Shown: in pieces, positions 35,211 through 48,800 of the stretch
Numbering within the stretch: position 1 is the stretch's first letter
How the letters are laid out: every line of letters begins with the position of its first letter
NCBI GenBank assembly: GCA_013239625.1
Contig: MU054391.1
Span: 2,633,130-2,697,129 of the forward strand
DNA length: 64,000 nucleotides
Direction: 5' to 3'
DNA from: Lama guanicoe
Taxonomy: Eukaryota
Notes under the pieces: generated by a model
Told to the model about the DNA's origin: nothing
What the model saw: the letters and a program-made list of their open reading frames with translations, nothing else
The model's database searches: none
Translations under genes and position numbers: made by a program

Positions 35211-38200
35211 GCTTTACAACACCCACGTTCTGTCTTGGTCGGCCAGGCAGTTCTTGGAGTTTGGAGAAGCATCTGGGGACATTGTGAGTCACGGTCCTCA
35301 CTCCTCCAGATGTTGTGGGAGCAGATGGAGGTAGCTTTTTCATTCCTGATCATGAGAACAGGCACAGCTGGAAGTAATCTGTTCCCTTTCCGTCCTGCTC
35401 AACGCTGACTGCCTCCGACATGAAGCCCGCCGCGCTGCGATTACCCACCGGCTCGTCTGCCCTGGGCTGGGGGCTCGGACGAGGTGGGCGATGTCTCAGC
35501 CACAGCTCTGTCCCTGGATCCCAGCTGCGTGTCTGGAAAACTCCCTTTCCTCAACAAATATTTATTGGATGGTTGATTCAAACAACAAATGAATGAAGCA
35601 AAGGGACACAGAACACACGAGAACAGACACCACGGGCAGGAGACCACGGCCAGCTCGGTGAGTGACATGGTGAGTTCTGCTCAAAGCAACAAGGTTGGAC
35701 CATAAAGCTGTGAAGCCAGCATCTCCCGAAGTTGAGCCGAGCAGCCAGGGAGGAGAGGCAGGAAGACTTTTGTCCAAAATGCAAGTCAACGCCTGACTTC
35801 CTGCGCCACGGCGTGCAGCGCTCGGAACACCCAAGCCAAGGGTCCGCACGCGGGGATTCTGCCGGTTTGTGTGCGCCCGGGGGGCGCCCTCGGGCCGGCG
35901 GGGCAGGGCGCGCCTCCTGCTGGCCTTGCCGGGCCACGTGCGGCCCTGCGGCGCCTGGCGTCCTGCAGGAGGCTGCCTCGTCCCCGCAGCAGGACAGCTC
36001 GTGAGCCCAAAGGTCACCAAACCCTTGAGAAAATGAGCAGGACATTCTTGGGTATCGTCGCAGATGATCAATCGGTCCCCGTGGGCCATTGAAGCAGACT
36101 GGACCCCAAGCAGAGCGTAACCCGCCAGCGCAAAGGCGCCCCTCCTCCGGGAGCCGCTCCCCCTGCGCTGGCACCACGCAGGCAGGAGGAGCTGGAGAGC
36201 GCCCTGAAATCTGTAGCCACGATGAGCAAAATCAAAGTTTTATAAACTCACCGTCAGGCAAAGTGACACAAGCCGCGCATGAACGGGGCTGTTTATGTCT
36301 TCCGCACCGAGGAGGGGCGCAGGCTCTCGCAGCGGTCTGCGTCACATGCTTGGATCCTTGTTTCATGAATCAGTGTGGGTAGCTCGCAAATTCTGCCATA
36401 AATGTCCCTGGGCTTATTTTTAAATGCACTTTAATGCAGCTGACATTTACAGATCTGATTTTATTTTTACACAGCACAAACATGAGCACGCGATGATGTC
36501 ACCCCTGCCTAAAATTTCTCAGTGGTCTCCTTCACGACGAGATCTACGACGCTCGCATCCTACGGCGTGTCTGCCTCCCGGCTCAAAGGCCAGCCCCTCC
36601 TGCCAGCCCCTCCTCTCCGTGACACAGCAGGACTGTCCCGCCGACGGTCCTCTGACCTTAGCAAACACATTCCTGTCACCTTGCCTTTGCCCCGGGGATT
36701 CTCTGCCCACAGCATCCTTTCCCTGCTTGTCTCCCTGAGACTCACCTTTTCTGCCTTTCAGTTTAGCTCACACATTGCTTCATCCCTTTCCAGATGCCTT
36801 GGCTAGCTCATCTGTCTCCTGCCCCTCCTCGGCCCCACCTGTGTGGCTCTCCCTCACAGCCGGTACTGCAGTGTCACGACCGTCTCATTGGATCTGTCTC
36901 CTGATACGCAGTCAGGCATCTGTGGGTCAGAAACGTGAACTTCAGAGAGGCTGCGTCCAGTGCTTGGCTCCAAACCTGACCAGTGAGAGGCCCTCAGACA
37001 GACGAAGGAGAAATAGATACATACCCTTCCAAAAAAAGACCATGTGTAATAAATTGATACAGCTTAAACAAACAGGAAGAGGAAGTGAGACCACGGAAAA
37101 GAAAAACTTGAAAATGCAGACCAGGAGGGAAGTGGCATTTGGATCCCGAAGCTTGGTGCTTGATGGTAATCCTGCTCTTTGCACTGTGTTGTCAAGGCGT
37201 TGCCCCCTGAGAGCGGCAGCCAGCAACCCAAGCTTAAGCCAGTCCCCGCAAAAGTGCCGTATGGCCACGCGCGCTGAGCTTCACGGGCTCCCTAGAGCTC
37301 TGACGCTGGACTGCATAGGAACCCCTGCCCTCTCCATGTGTGTCCACGAAGCCACAGCGATCATACCAACCTGTGAAAGTTCCGTAAATAACAGAGAAGG
37401 GCCTGGCCTGCCAAACTTGTTTCATGTTCAAGGTCAGCATTGTCTGGCTAATGACACACTTCAGAGTGTATTTAGAATTGGTAATGTGGAAGCCCTGGCT
37501 GGTGTGCAATGAAAAATCCAGTTTAATTTCTCCCACGTAAGCTCATTGTCTCCAGGTACTCAGCTCCTGTACGGAATTATCTGATCCCGTCTTTGGAAGG
37601 CACCACTGGTTAACCTGAGTCTGTCTTAACATTAGGATACAAAGGTAAGAGGCAGCCCACTCAGGAGCCCCCTCTTCTGAAGGCATCTCTCATTCAGATG
37701 GAAAACGGTGGCCTTGGTTCCCAGGTTGACAAAGAAGGTGAAGACTAGGGGGAAAGAGAGGAGGAGGAAGGTGAGCAGGAAATACGGAAAATAAGAAGTG
37801 AGTGCCATCATGAGACAGAAATTATTTCAAATTGTTCTACTCAATGGTGGAAGAGTCATCAGAGACGTCTTGCCTCTGATGAGTCCTCAGTCTCTCCTCG
37901 GAATTCACAGCAAACTGGCAAAGAACTTCTCAGGTCTGCTCCTGGTTGCAACGAAGCTGCTCCATTGTCCAGTGAATTCCAATCCCGACTGCCAATGTGC
38001 ACGTCACTGTGTAGACACATTGTCGAGTGTAATTTCACTGTCCCTGTGATGTGCTGAGAAACATAACCGGGAATTCAATATACAAAGCAAACAACGCGTA
38101 CAGCCCAGCACACGCAGAGAGCTCGTCATGGCAGCCAAGGAAGAGCTTTGGTAATTTACAATTGTTTTTATATTCACAACTTCTCCAATAAATTAAGGTT

Positions 38201-39800
38201 TAGTGTGCTAATTAGATTGTATATTCCGGGCCCTGCACGTGCCCTTGCCTCTCACTCCACAGCTGGCAGGTGCCGTGGAGAAGATGATTCTGCTATTAGG
38301 AGCCAGGGAGTTTTAAAGAGACAGGTACCACTGTGTGGGTGGTGTTGCCTTCCGCTGTTCCCCCGGCCAGGTGTGTGATTCTGGCCCGCTCACGCACAGC
38401 AGCTTCAGTGTTACTGCCGTGCCTTTATTTTGAAAACTGCTCATGTTGTTTTTTTTTTTTTTTATATAATATATATTACTCATTTCAGAATTTTAGAACC
38501 AGTTACACCGTGTAGACAATCATGTCACTAGACCATTGCAAGGGGGTTCCCAGTAAACAATGAAGTCTGTTTTTGTTCCCCCTTCAGGTGGATGACTTGA
38601 CCAAACTCAAGTTTCTGTGGACTCAAACTGACTTGGAAACACATTCTCCAAATTGTGGAATATTCATTGGGCGGCTGAACGCATGACTGAGAGAACAGAA
38701 TGAAATAAATAGCTCCTGTGAAAGGGCACGTGGATTCCTTGGTTGTAACTGTGGCAAAGTGATAAAATCGTGAAAAACCAATAGGTGAAGGGCAGGTCCA
38801 CAGGGTGGACACTACCTGGTCCAACACTGCTTGGTTCACCCTGGGTGTTTTCAAAGCTTACTGCAACATTAAATCCTCCTCAGGGAAAGCATGTCCTCTT
38901 GCGTGAGGAGTCCTACGCCACCGTCTTCCTAGACGTGTGAGACTCTCCAAGGGCCGAGAAACCCAGAGGTAGCGAGCAAGCCCCCTTCCCGGTCCCCAGG
39001 CTGCCGCAGGCGGCTGGAAGGCTTTTAGAACATGGGACTAGTGATTCGGGGTGAACCAGGACCCCCAGGCATCTGATTTCACCCCTGACCACACACCCAT
39101 CCCTCACTGCTTCCACCAGCGCCAGATGGTCCAGCAAGGCTCGCAGCGTTAGCCCAGAGAGTTTGCCCGGGGACCCCAGCTGGCACTCAGGTGGTCACTC
39201 GTCTGCTCATAAGCTGACCCACTGGACAGGTCCGAGGTGCTGAGCCAAGGTGGCTTTGCTTTCCCAGCAGGCTTTCCTGGTCTCCTGCACTGGGATGAAC
39301 ACTCTTTAGGGGCACCGAGGGGCTCTGGGGTCAATGTAATTGAGGACTGAGGGGTCAAGGGAATGCCGAGTCAGGGACTGATGTTCCCAGACGTGGGCTA
39401 TCTTCAAGAGCAGGAGGGATGCAAGTAGCATTTGCTTCTCCTGTGGTCAATGTCTGCGTCCATCACAGCACTGAGTTGCAATGCACAGAACTAACATCCA
39501 TTCATTTGAGTCTAGGAGGAATTCGGTTCAGTCCGGGAATAGCCCTGGAGTCTGTAGAGCCAGGCTGTGAAGGGCAGGACAGACAGGCGGTGGGGCGTCC
39601 AGGGACGCAGGCAGGAGCCCCAGGCTTGGGCCGGGCAGGAGACAACACCGTCTCCGCCAGGAGCTGCCCCCGCTGGGGCCTGGGCCTCCGCTTCCCTGGA
39701 CACGGTCACCCCGACTCCCGAGCCTCGCTTGCTCCAGGCTACACGTCCTAGATTGGAGCGTGGGGTTCACCTAGAGGAGTCACGTCCCAGCCACCGCTGA

Positions 39801-39890
39801 CCGGGAAGTCAGAAAGCGGTGATCCTGCCCGTTTTTCTGGAGTGGCAGGAAGTGGGCCCCGCCTCCCACTCGGAAGCATGACGTAGGGCC
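39801..39890. promoter_or_regulatory. Candidate enhancer/promoter: ETS, GC-box and CRE motif cluster
   Basis: GGGAAGT, CAGGAAGTG, CCCCGCCTCC, CGGAAG and TGACGTA fall within 90 bp of CpG-containing unique sequence. Confidence 0.35.
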
Positions 39891-41074
39891 TCCCAACACG
39901 GCAGGGACGCAGCGTTCATATACGAAATGCCCCCTGTGCCTCCTCTGTCACGTTCATTCTCACCTTCCCCTGAGGACTTGGGACGCTGAAAATGCGTCTC
40001 GTACTTTAGCTATGGGATCTGAGATAACACGATTCAGCACCAGCTTCCTGGTTAAAGGAGCGGGGAGAATCCAAGGAAAAGGGGAGAGAAATGCCAGGTA
40101 CTGGGGAAAGCGGGCAGCGAAGTCGGCACTGTCACCCAGGACCCCGTCTGCTCCTGCGACGCGCTGCGGCCGAGCCAGCCTGGGGTCCCGGCCTCGGCCA
40201 CTTGTCCTCGGATCAAACACATACGGAAGCATCCGCTGGTTTACTTTGACGCCCGAGTTCCAAAAGAACCAGGATCACGCATCTTCTTTATTCGATCTTC
40301 GTATAAACTGTGGGAATGTGTGAGAGGCCAGTGGGTATGTTTTGCGAGGCGGTTCTGCTGGTCCTGGTCTCCCTACGTGGACAGGTAACAAAATAGCACG
40401 ATGAACTTTTTTTTTAAATGACCACATTGATAGGAAGCTTCTTTTTTTGATGGAGAAGACGGGAAATGACTCTGGGTGGGCTCTGAAGCCCCATTTAGGT
40501 GTGGTATATGTGCTACAGTTTGAATGATCTAAAATGCTCTCCCCCAAAATGACAAAATGAATAATTTAACATTTAGCATCTGATGTTTATATGGCCTTTC
40601 AGCCGCAAGAGATTTTCTGCACAACACAGACATAATTCTGAAAGGATCGTTTCAGCTGGAGGGTCGTAGCTCTTTTTTTAAAGACACATTCCTTTCAGAG
40701 AAATAACGAAAATGGCCAGGAAGAAACAACCAGGCTCATGCCTTTGTTCCCCCACTAAATCTCTGCTGAAAGACTGGGTCTCTACTGATGGCAGTGCGTG
40801 GGTGTGGAGGGGGCGGCAAGGTGACTGAGTGACGCTGGGGAGCGCGAGGCCCCCGGCGACTCACACAGCGCACAGGGTAAATCTCGCCTGCCTCGTCCTA
40901 ACCTCTTTCTAGCGCTGGACTGAAAACTTGATTCTGACACACCTGGATGGGGTCTGGGGAACGCTACGGTGCTGGAACTGACAAAATCAAGGCTTAAGGT
41001 CTGTGAACAGACGAAGCACGGGGAAGGAATTCAGCCTCCAGACGAGGATGATGATGAAGACAAAAGATGGCTGA

Positions 41075-41210
41075 GGGATACACGGATGCATGGACAGACG
41101 ACGGATAGATAGACGTGTGGATAATAGATGATAAATAAACAATAGCAGTTGATAGATAGACAATAGATAGATAGATAACAGATGATTGATAGATAGATAG
41201 ACAGGTAGAT
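41075..41210. repeat. Degenerate (GATA/GACA/GATG)n tetranucleotide repeat
   Basis: Directly visible. Confidence 0.9.
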
Positions 41211-43185
41211 TTACTAGGCAATGACTATGTGCTAGAAGCTAGACCACCACTGGCATAAAGTACTAATTGTTTCTCAGGGAACAGAGGAGACGTCATGCAA
41301 TTATACACCGACACTAATTTTCACAGATCCATTAAATCTGAGCTTTGGAAGGAATATTACAAAACATCTGGTCCAACCCCCTTATATTGGGAAAATGAAG
41401 ATTAAACAGTTTTAAGCCAAAGCCAAGAATTAGCCCAACTGTCCCTTCTTTGCCATTAGATCTTTTCCTTGTGGCCTCACACACTCACTCACACACACAC
41501 TCACACACTCAGCCCACGGCGGGAGGAGGAAGAGCATCGCAGGCCGTGGTGTCGTGCGTCCAGGGGTAACAGGTCTAAGTCACAGAAGCAGAAGAACAAA
41601 GTAAATATAGAAAACCTATCTAGGCTTTTTATAATGTTTATTTCATCACTTTTAAAAGCAGCATCTTGGTTTCATTGGACACTAAAACTGAAAAATAAAC
41701 CTCCTTTGTCCAACTCTAAACGTTCTACACTGAGTTCTGTGTGACATCCTGATGAACCGAGGCTTAGATTTCCTGTTAACTTATTTCGCCTTGAACATGA
41801 ATTGGGCTGAAGACTCGGCACCGAGCTCACGTCTTTACCGGAAAACTAGTGACTTAGAGCAGCAAGCAGACTAGATCCTTTCCCAATGGCAGTTAGACAT
41901 TTATGCTAACTCTTTACAATGCTCACTGTCAGGGAAACACTATATATACTTTCCTAACTGACAGTTATATTGAGACTGAGAAATACGCTGCTCAGTTATG
42001 AGCTTTCAAAACTGCCCTTCTGTTTCGACCATTTCACATCCAAATATGCTGGTGATCTTAGCCCACAAGTCATGGAGATTATTCATTTTTCTTTGTATCA
42101 TATAAATCTCCCATCATAAATGAAAATTGTGGAAAATCACCATGTTTTTATGATTCCAAATTTAGAATCTGCAGGCTTGAGAGCGGCATTAAATTTGACT
42201 GCATTCTCTTTCATAATCATGACCAAATGTTATCATTAAAGAGATTTTCAAAGCCAGGATCATTATGTACTGTCCACTGGCATGTGTTAATTTGATGGAC
42301 TTTTCTGGAAAAATAGCTAACAAGAGATGTTCAAGATTGAGCTTTGAGCAAACAATTGAGCAAAAAGTTTCCTCTACTTTTTAGAACTTTTTAAGCTAAC
42401 GAAGCCTCATCTAAGCATATCTAAAATGATATCATGATGGATTTGATGCTATTACTATTTTTATTGCTATGAAAAATTAAGTATTCACAGGCAACACTTT
42501 TTAGAGCAAGCTGTTGTATTTACACTCATTAAAAATGTGATTCTCTTGATGTGACCAAAATGATGGCATTTGAGAAAGATTGTGGTGTTCCTCGTTAAGG
42601 CCAATGTCTTCCACTGGGTTGCTAACCGTCGAGTGATTCAGAACCTCGCCGCCCTCTGCTTTCAGGGGTGCTGAGCACCCTCTGCTGGACTTATCAGAGC
42701 GTCTCCAGCATTTTATTTGAGGAGGAGACAGGCGCTTTTTCCCACCCCACGTTGAGTTAAGCCTCTCTAACTTGCCTACATTTTTCTAGTTGTCTTTGTA
42801 GATGTGAACTATATGGCAGGACCAAACAGAAATTCTCCTAAATCTGAAACCACTGGTCTCCAAAATGGAAACTACAGTCTTTTAATTGGGATTCAATCCA
42901 ACGTAATTTACTGGCTCACCAGTGTGAAAAACTAGCAAACTCCACGGACTTTCTGACACAGCGTCTGGAGGGACCATGATGAGGGAGCGTCCTCAGCTTC
43001 TCGGGATGGTAGAGAAACCTGTTGCGGAGGCTTCTGGTTCCTGGCCCCCCTCCCCCAGGGAGTCCCACATGAGGGCACGGGACTCAGCTCTTCGCCATCC
43101 CTCTCCGGGACAACAGAAAGGTTAACATCTTTAAAAAGACCAAATCCCACTTCAGACTATAAAATGATTTAAGAACTTAGATTTT

Positions 43186-43296
43186 GTGGGAGAGGTTTTA
43201 GCTCAGTGGTGGAGCGTGTGCTTAGCGTGCACGAGGTCCTGGGTTCAATCCCCGGCACCTCCACAAAAAAAAAAACCCTAATTACCGCCCCCCCAA
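43186..43296 (+). mobile_element. tRNA-derived SINE (camelid Vic-1 type)
   Basis: GGGAGAGGTTTTAGCTCAGTGGTGGAGCGTGTGCTTAGCGTGCACGAGGTCCTGGGTTCAATCCCCGGCACCTCCA, then an A-run and the CCCTAATTACCGCCCCCCC tail. Degenerate TSD aagaacttagatttt / aataactcagatgtt. Confidence 0.92.
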
Positions 43297-45674
43297 AATA
43301 ACTCAGATGTTCCCTCCTCTAGTCTGTGTTACAGATGGGAAAGACAAAGGCCCAGATAGAATACAAGATATTTCTGATTAGACAGTAAGTCAGACCAAGA
43401 AAAAGGTGCTCACAGACCTGAAATGACAGCATGATGTTGGGTTCCCTGTTGGGTTTTTATTTTATTATCTTAAAAAAACCACCGGTGTTTCTCTGAGACG
43501 AGATGACTCGCATCCTCATGTCTCTTGAGAGAAGACTGCTAGTGGGGCTACATCCTCCGGAGCAGAGAGAAATAAAAAAAAAAAGTCTACTTTTGCTCCA
43601 CAATTTGGAGAAAAGCAGAGAAAACATGAAAATAAGCTCATTGAAACGGCGTGTTTCTCTCTGAAAGACCGCATCCTGTAAGCAGCAGGCTGGGACGCGT
43701 CATTTGCCAGGGGACCCTACACCCGGAGTCAGAGTGTTCTGTGACACCCGGGGCACGGCACCCCTGCGCTCGGAGCCGCCTGCCGCCGGCCCGGGAGGCG
43801 TTCCACTGTGCCAAGAGGGGGCGTCTCTATTCAGCAGACGGGGGCGGGGAGTACCTGTGCCATTTGACGAAGGATTCAATGGGAGGATCCAAAAGCTCCA
43901 GGAGGAGGGCAGAGGGCTCCTCCTCCCCAAGGGCAAACGGACCAAACTCTAAAATCCCCGAGGCTGGGGTCTGGAAGGGAGCAAGGACCCTGGCCTGCCG
44001 CGCACGGGACTGGAGTTTGCAGGTCACTTTGCTTTGCTTCTGCTAAGCTTTGGGCGGCTTTTATGTACTCTGAGAGGAGAAGGTAAAGATGGGGGAGCAG
44101 AAAGAGGTATGTGTTAAGCAAAGACGTATACTTTGCTGTTAGAGACTCTGTTCCACATCGTCAAACCAAAAAGAAAAACTGACAATCTGACAATACAAAG
44201 GTGTGCTCCCTTCGAAAAGGAACTGAGTGCACGCTGTCGCAGGTGCGGCCAAACTGAGGAGGACTTGTTTAAAATCTATAATTTTACGATAGCCTCTGGG
44301 GAAAAATGTACCAAGAATATTCTGGCTCATTAATATAAAAATATAAGAACGGGGCAGAACTTAAGGAAAAGATGTCCCCACAGTGTTTTTTTTTTTTAAA
44401 TTAAGAGTCCAAAGAAATAACGGAGGTCATCACTGAAGGAATATATTTGAGAAAAGGGCACGATATAGATTATGTCAAAATCCCATTTAGGAAGATGTCA
44501 TGGAAGAAGAGACTGTGGCAAGTAGAGGAGACGAAGGGTAGTTTGTAGTAAGTGCTGCAACGTGTAAGGACTGTCGTCGGTGTGCAGGGATCTGAGACCC
44601 AGCCCGGGGGAGACAGGGAGGGAGGCTGAGGGTTCCTGCCGGGCTGGCCTGTGCCGGGCCAGCGGAAACCGGGGCCGCACGGCCACCTGGGCCGCCACCC
44701 CCTCCCGGAGCCCGGGGACCGCCGCCCTGTCCGGTTCTCCCCTCCTCCTGGCAGGCCTCTGCAGACTTCCGAGGGGCCTGCCGTCCGTCTCCTCCTCCAG
44801 GGTCTCACTTCTCGCCACGTGAGCTGCAAAGCCGTCTCCACCCTCTGCAAGGAAGAATTCATCCCGGCGTCCTTGCCGCTTCAGCTCGGCCTGGGGTGCC
44901 CGTCCTCCCCTGCTCACCTGTGGTTTGGGAAAGAGCCGTGTCCTGACACCTTACGAAGCAGCCTGGAGAAGGATGTGCTCACAAAGCAGGGGAAGGCCCT
45001 TTCCTACTCTCCGACCAAGGACTACAGCTTTTGTCGAAGTTACAGTGCAATGCATCCCAGTAACCGGACCCCAGGCCGCACGAAGCCCGGCTTGGTGTCT
45101 CAGGAGGAAACGTGCCGCCTCCTGTGTCAGCTCCGAAAAGAGATTTTGGAGAGATCCTTCTGGTTTGCTAGGCCTGACCCTACGGCGCCGGGGGTAAGAA
45201 CACATTTCCTGTCATGCTTCACAAAGACTTCAGACTCAGGGCGACTAAGGGCTCACTAGCAGTGTCCTCCTCTATCCCCGTCTCTCTGACAGGGGCCACC
45301 TTGTAGGCAGGACAGAGGAGGCGCGGTCCGACGAGGGGGCGTGCTAGTGAGATCGGGTTACGGTCCAGGAGGGAGACACACATGGTGTGGAGCCTCATCG
45401 GTGAGAGTCACTGGGATCAAACAGATTCTCCTGGAAAACATCTACCTTTTCAGAATGAGATGCAAAGCCTCTGCAGAAACTTAATTCTCTCAGGCTCCAG
45501 AGGGGTCAGGGGCTGAGGGGGGTCCCACGAGGACCAGAAAGAGAGAAAAGTGGAAGAGACAGAAGGCAGGTGGGAGAGGGCGGATGCAGACCCACAGGAC
45601 CTACTGCACCTGCAGGGCACGCCGGTCCGACTTGAGGGGACGCTGCGTCTGCCCAGGTTCGCTGACTGGGACAG

Positions 45675-45840
45675 AATGGAGCATTGGTGTCCCGCTCTGG
45701 GGGGTGGTGCAGTCATGGTGATCACGGGGGACGATGTTCATATAGGGGCAGGGGTTGTGCTGGAAATCCCTGTACCTTCCCCCCAAATTTGCTGTGAACC
45801 TAACCCAGCTGGAAAACATGCAATCTTAAAAAAAAAAAAA
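45675..45840 (+). mobile_element. Old L1 (L1MC/MD-like) 3' end
   Basis: 'ggggcaggggttgtgctggaaatccctgtaccttccccccaaatttgctgtgaacctaa' followed by poly-A. Confidence 0.75.
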
Positions 45841-48800
45841 CTGAAAGGAGAAATATGAGGGGGAAGGAGGTGGCAAAGAAGAGTCAGAAGGAAAATGTGA
45901 AGAAACCGTAAATTAAATGTGTAAGGGTACAGGTCTTCTAGTTCTAAAACAAACCGCTGAACAGAAGTCCGAGGCCCACCCGCAACCTTCCACCTGTCAG
46001 AAAATGTCAACCAGCGCCATCCGGAACTCGGCTCCGTGAGCTGGTCTCCAAACAGCACTGCAGGGTGCACCGGCCGGGTTCCTCGTCCTCTCCGCCATCT
46101 CCAACACGTCGCCAGCGTGACCCCAGCGCCTCACACAGAGGTCCTGCTCTCTGGGCAGGTCCGCGTGGCTCCTGACCTGTGAGTGGATGCGCAGATGTTT
46201 CTGGGTGGGAAGGAACGGGTTGACTTTCCTAGACTATTGAACCCTGGAAAGTTCCAACAGAAAGAAGGGCTAGCTTCTTAGCATGGCATCTCCCCATTCC
46301 TTGGGTAGTTCAGATCATACCTTAATATAATTTAACACATAGTGTTGTCAGGAGAATATATGATACAGCGACACTGCAATCATGCATGGCAATGGACACT
46401 GTTATATGAGGTGAGTGCAACATCCTATGTCATATAACAGAAGGCCCTCTGTTAGCACACGTGGGTCTTGTCAAGACAGTGGGTCCCTAAGAAAGGTGTG
46501 CCCGGACCTCAGATAATCCGTAGCTCAGCCGGAGCCCAGAGCTGCGATCTCGATGTGCCAGCAGTCTTGGCGGTGGTGTGGCGGGTGTTCGGATGGTTGC
46601 CGCGGGTGTTATGGCCGTTCTCCCACGATGCCAAGCTCAGCAGGAAGAATTGTAATGCCCTGGGGTAGACGGCCAGCTCGTGTGGCGGCCAGGAGAACAC
46701 GGACGCGGAGTGAGCGCTTGGGAGTCACCTTAGTTCTCAGCCCGCCCTTGGCCCCCGGGTCAGACGCGCGCTTTTCCACACGCTGCTCACGTCTGTCGCC
46801 CGGGAGCTGGGAGGACTGCTGGGTTGGACCTCCCTGCATGCTGGTTACTGGGGCCCCCTGGAGACCGCAGACGGCAGGGGTGTTCCTGTCCCCATCGCCC
46901 TCGGGTGGGCCACCTGTGCCCGGTGGACGGGGGACAGTTTTATGGGCAGACCAAGAAGGCAGCTTCAGAGAAGCTGTCAGGTAGCACCTGCCGCTCAGGG
47001 CAGAAAGCACGTCTACAGCATCCCCAAACCAAAGGCCTCCTGCCTTTGAAAACATTAAAGACGCCAAATTCATGGCTTCATCAGACGCTTATTTTGCTTT
47101 TATAAAATTTTAAGCACTGGAAAAGTCTTCCTTACATTAAACCAAAATGACCCCCTCCCCACCTGTGTGTCTTCACACCGGCGCCAGGCAAGTCTTCTAA
47201 GCCGCACTCGCCCAGACACACAGAGATGAGCGGACTGTTGCGCTTGCTGTGGTTCAAGGTCACGAACCACCCCGAGTCCCTCGGGGTTTGTGCACAGCAC
47301 AGAGCCACCCCCGGGCAGCCAGCGCCCCGAACAGGAAAGGCCCACAAGCCTTCTGCTGCACACCATTCCTGTTCTACCTAATATCCAAATACGACTGGAT
47401 GATTGCTACGAGACGGTCATTACCTCAGCTTTCCAGTAGCGACGGCAGCCTCGGTGCTGCGTGCACACACACTTCCATGATCACAGCATTAGAAATCAGA
47501 CCGTTATCATCTCACAGGGCTGAGCCACAAACTGGAGACAGTTGTTTCTGGAAGACTAGCCGAACCGTGCGTATTACTAAAATGACAACGTCCTCCTTTT
47601 TAGCTTGCTGTCTACTATCTTATTACTTTATATTCTAGAATCTAGAGGAAATCTTTGACGACTCAAAAGCTTTCCAGAGACAGAAAACCCCAGGGGAAAG
47701 GTGTACCACAGAGATGGTATCGATGGGACAAGACAAGGAGTAATGGGAAGAGGTATGGTGGGAAAGGCACTAGTTTTGCCAGTAATTTAATTTGAGGACC
47801 TCCAAAGCCACTGATCTCTCAGGGCCTCAGTTTCCTCTTAATAAAATCAGGAAGTTGAATCTGTGAACTCAGCATTTCCTTTAAGTTCGTAACTGAGCCA
47901 GTTACTACGGGAGCCTCGATTTCAGCGGGAAGATAAAGAAGCCACAGAAGAGAAGGGAACATGTGTAAATGCTTAAAAAGTACTTGCTGGCTGAATGAAT
48001 GGAGAACAGGGTCTACTTCCGAGCTGTCCTGAAGGTGAACCTTCCTTTAAAGGCATACAAGCTGTGAGGGAATCCAGTCCCTCTCACGAAGCATTCTGTG
48101 CGTCCCTTAAATAACACTCCTTTCATATTAACTGCCATTCGTTTAATCACTTCTGAAATTCTATGTGCTGTCCTGGTTTTATAAGTACCTGATAGCAGGC
48201 GGCACCCCATGCGGATCTGACTGGGCAGCAAGGGGCGAGATTACGGACGTAGATCGTGACTTTGTTACTGGACTTCAACTCCTCAGCAGAGTCTAAATGA
48301 GACATTTTAAAAATTGGTTTTAAGCGGTGGCAGCAGAGGTGAGGCCAGCAGTTTACTCCTTAATGACGGGCACCTTGTCCCAAGCTGTCCCCCCCCCCCC
48401 GGCATGACAGGCGGTAGCATCTTAGAGGACGTAGGAGCCAAAGATGTGTTCGCGAGGTTGTCCTGAATGTCAGGCGTTTAAATGAATACCTGTCCTGATC
48501 ACCCTCCGAAAATCTCACTGACACGCAGAGAGTGGCGACGCTTCCTTCACTGAAGGTGTGAACACTCGGACACTCACGCACGAAAGCGTTTCCAAAGAGA
48601 ACATTTGAATCTAGCGCTCTCTGGAGTATCCAATTGCCTACTTGTAAGATTATTTTTGGCATCTATGAATATCTCATATGCAGAGTGTTATGAATGCATC
48701 TGAAGCTTCTGCAAATGATTTTATGAACTACACCAGAAGCAGCAGTGCCAGCGAGAGGGTCTGAGGGCAGAGTCTGCAGGTTGGGTATTTTGCTGGCATT

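Noticed and set aside
36775..37512. 245-aa ORF, the longest in the track
   Set aside because: Starts at a non-ATG codon, overlaps L2/MIR-like sequence and shows no domain or convincing exon structure.
43186..43263. tRNA-Ala-like gene
   Set aside because: Followed by an A-run and the SINE-specific tail, with a degenerate TSD; not a functional tRNA.
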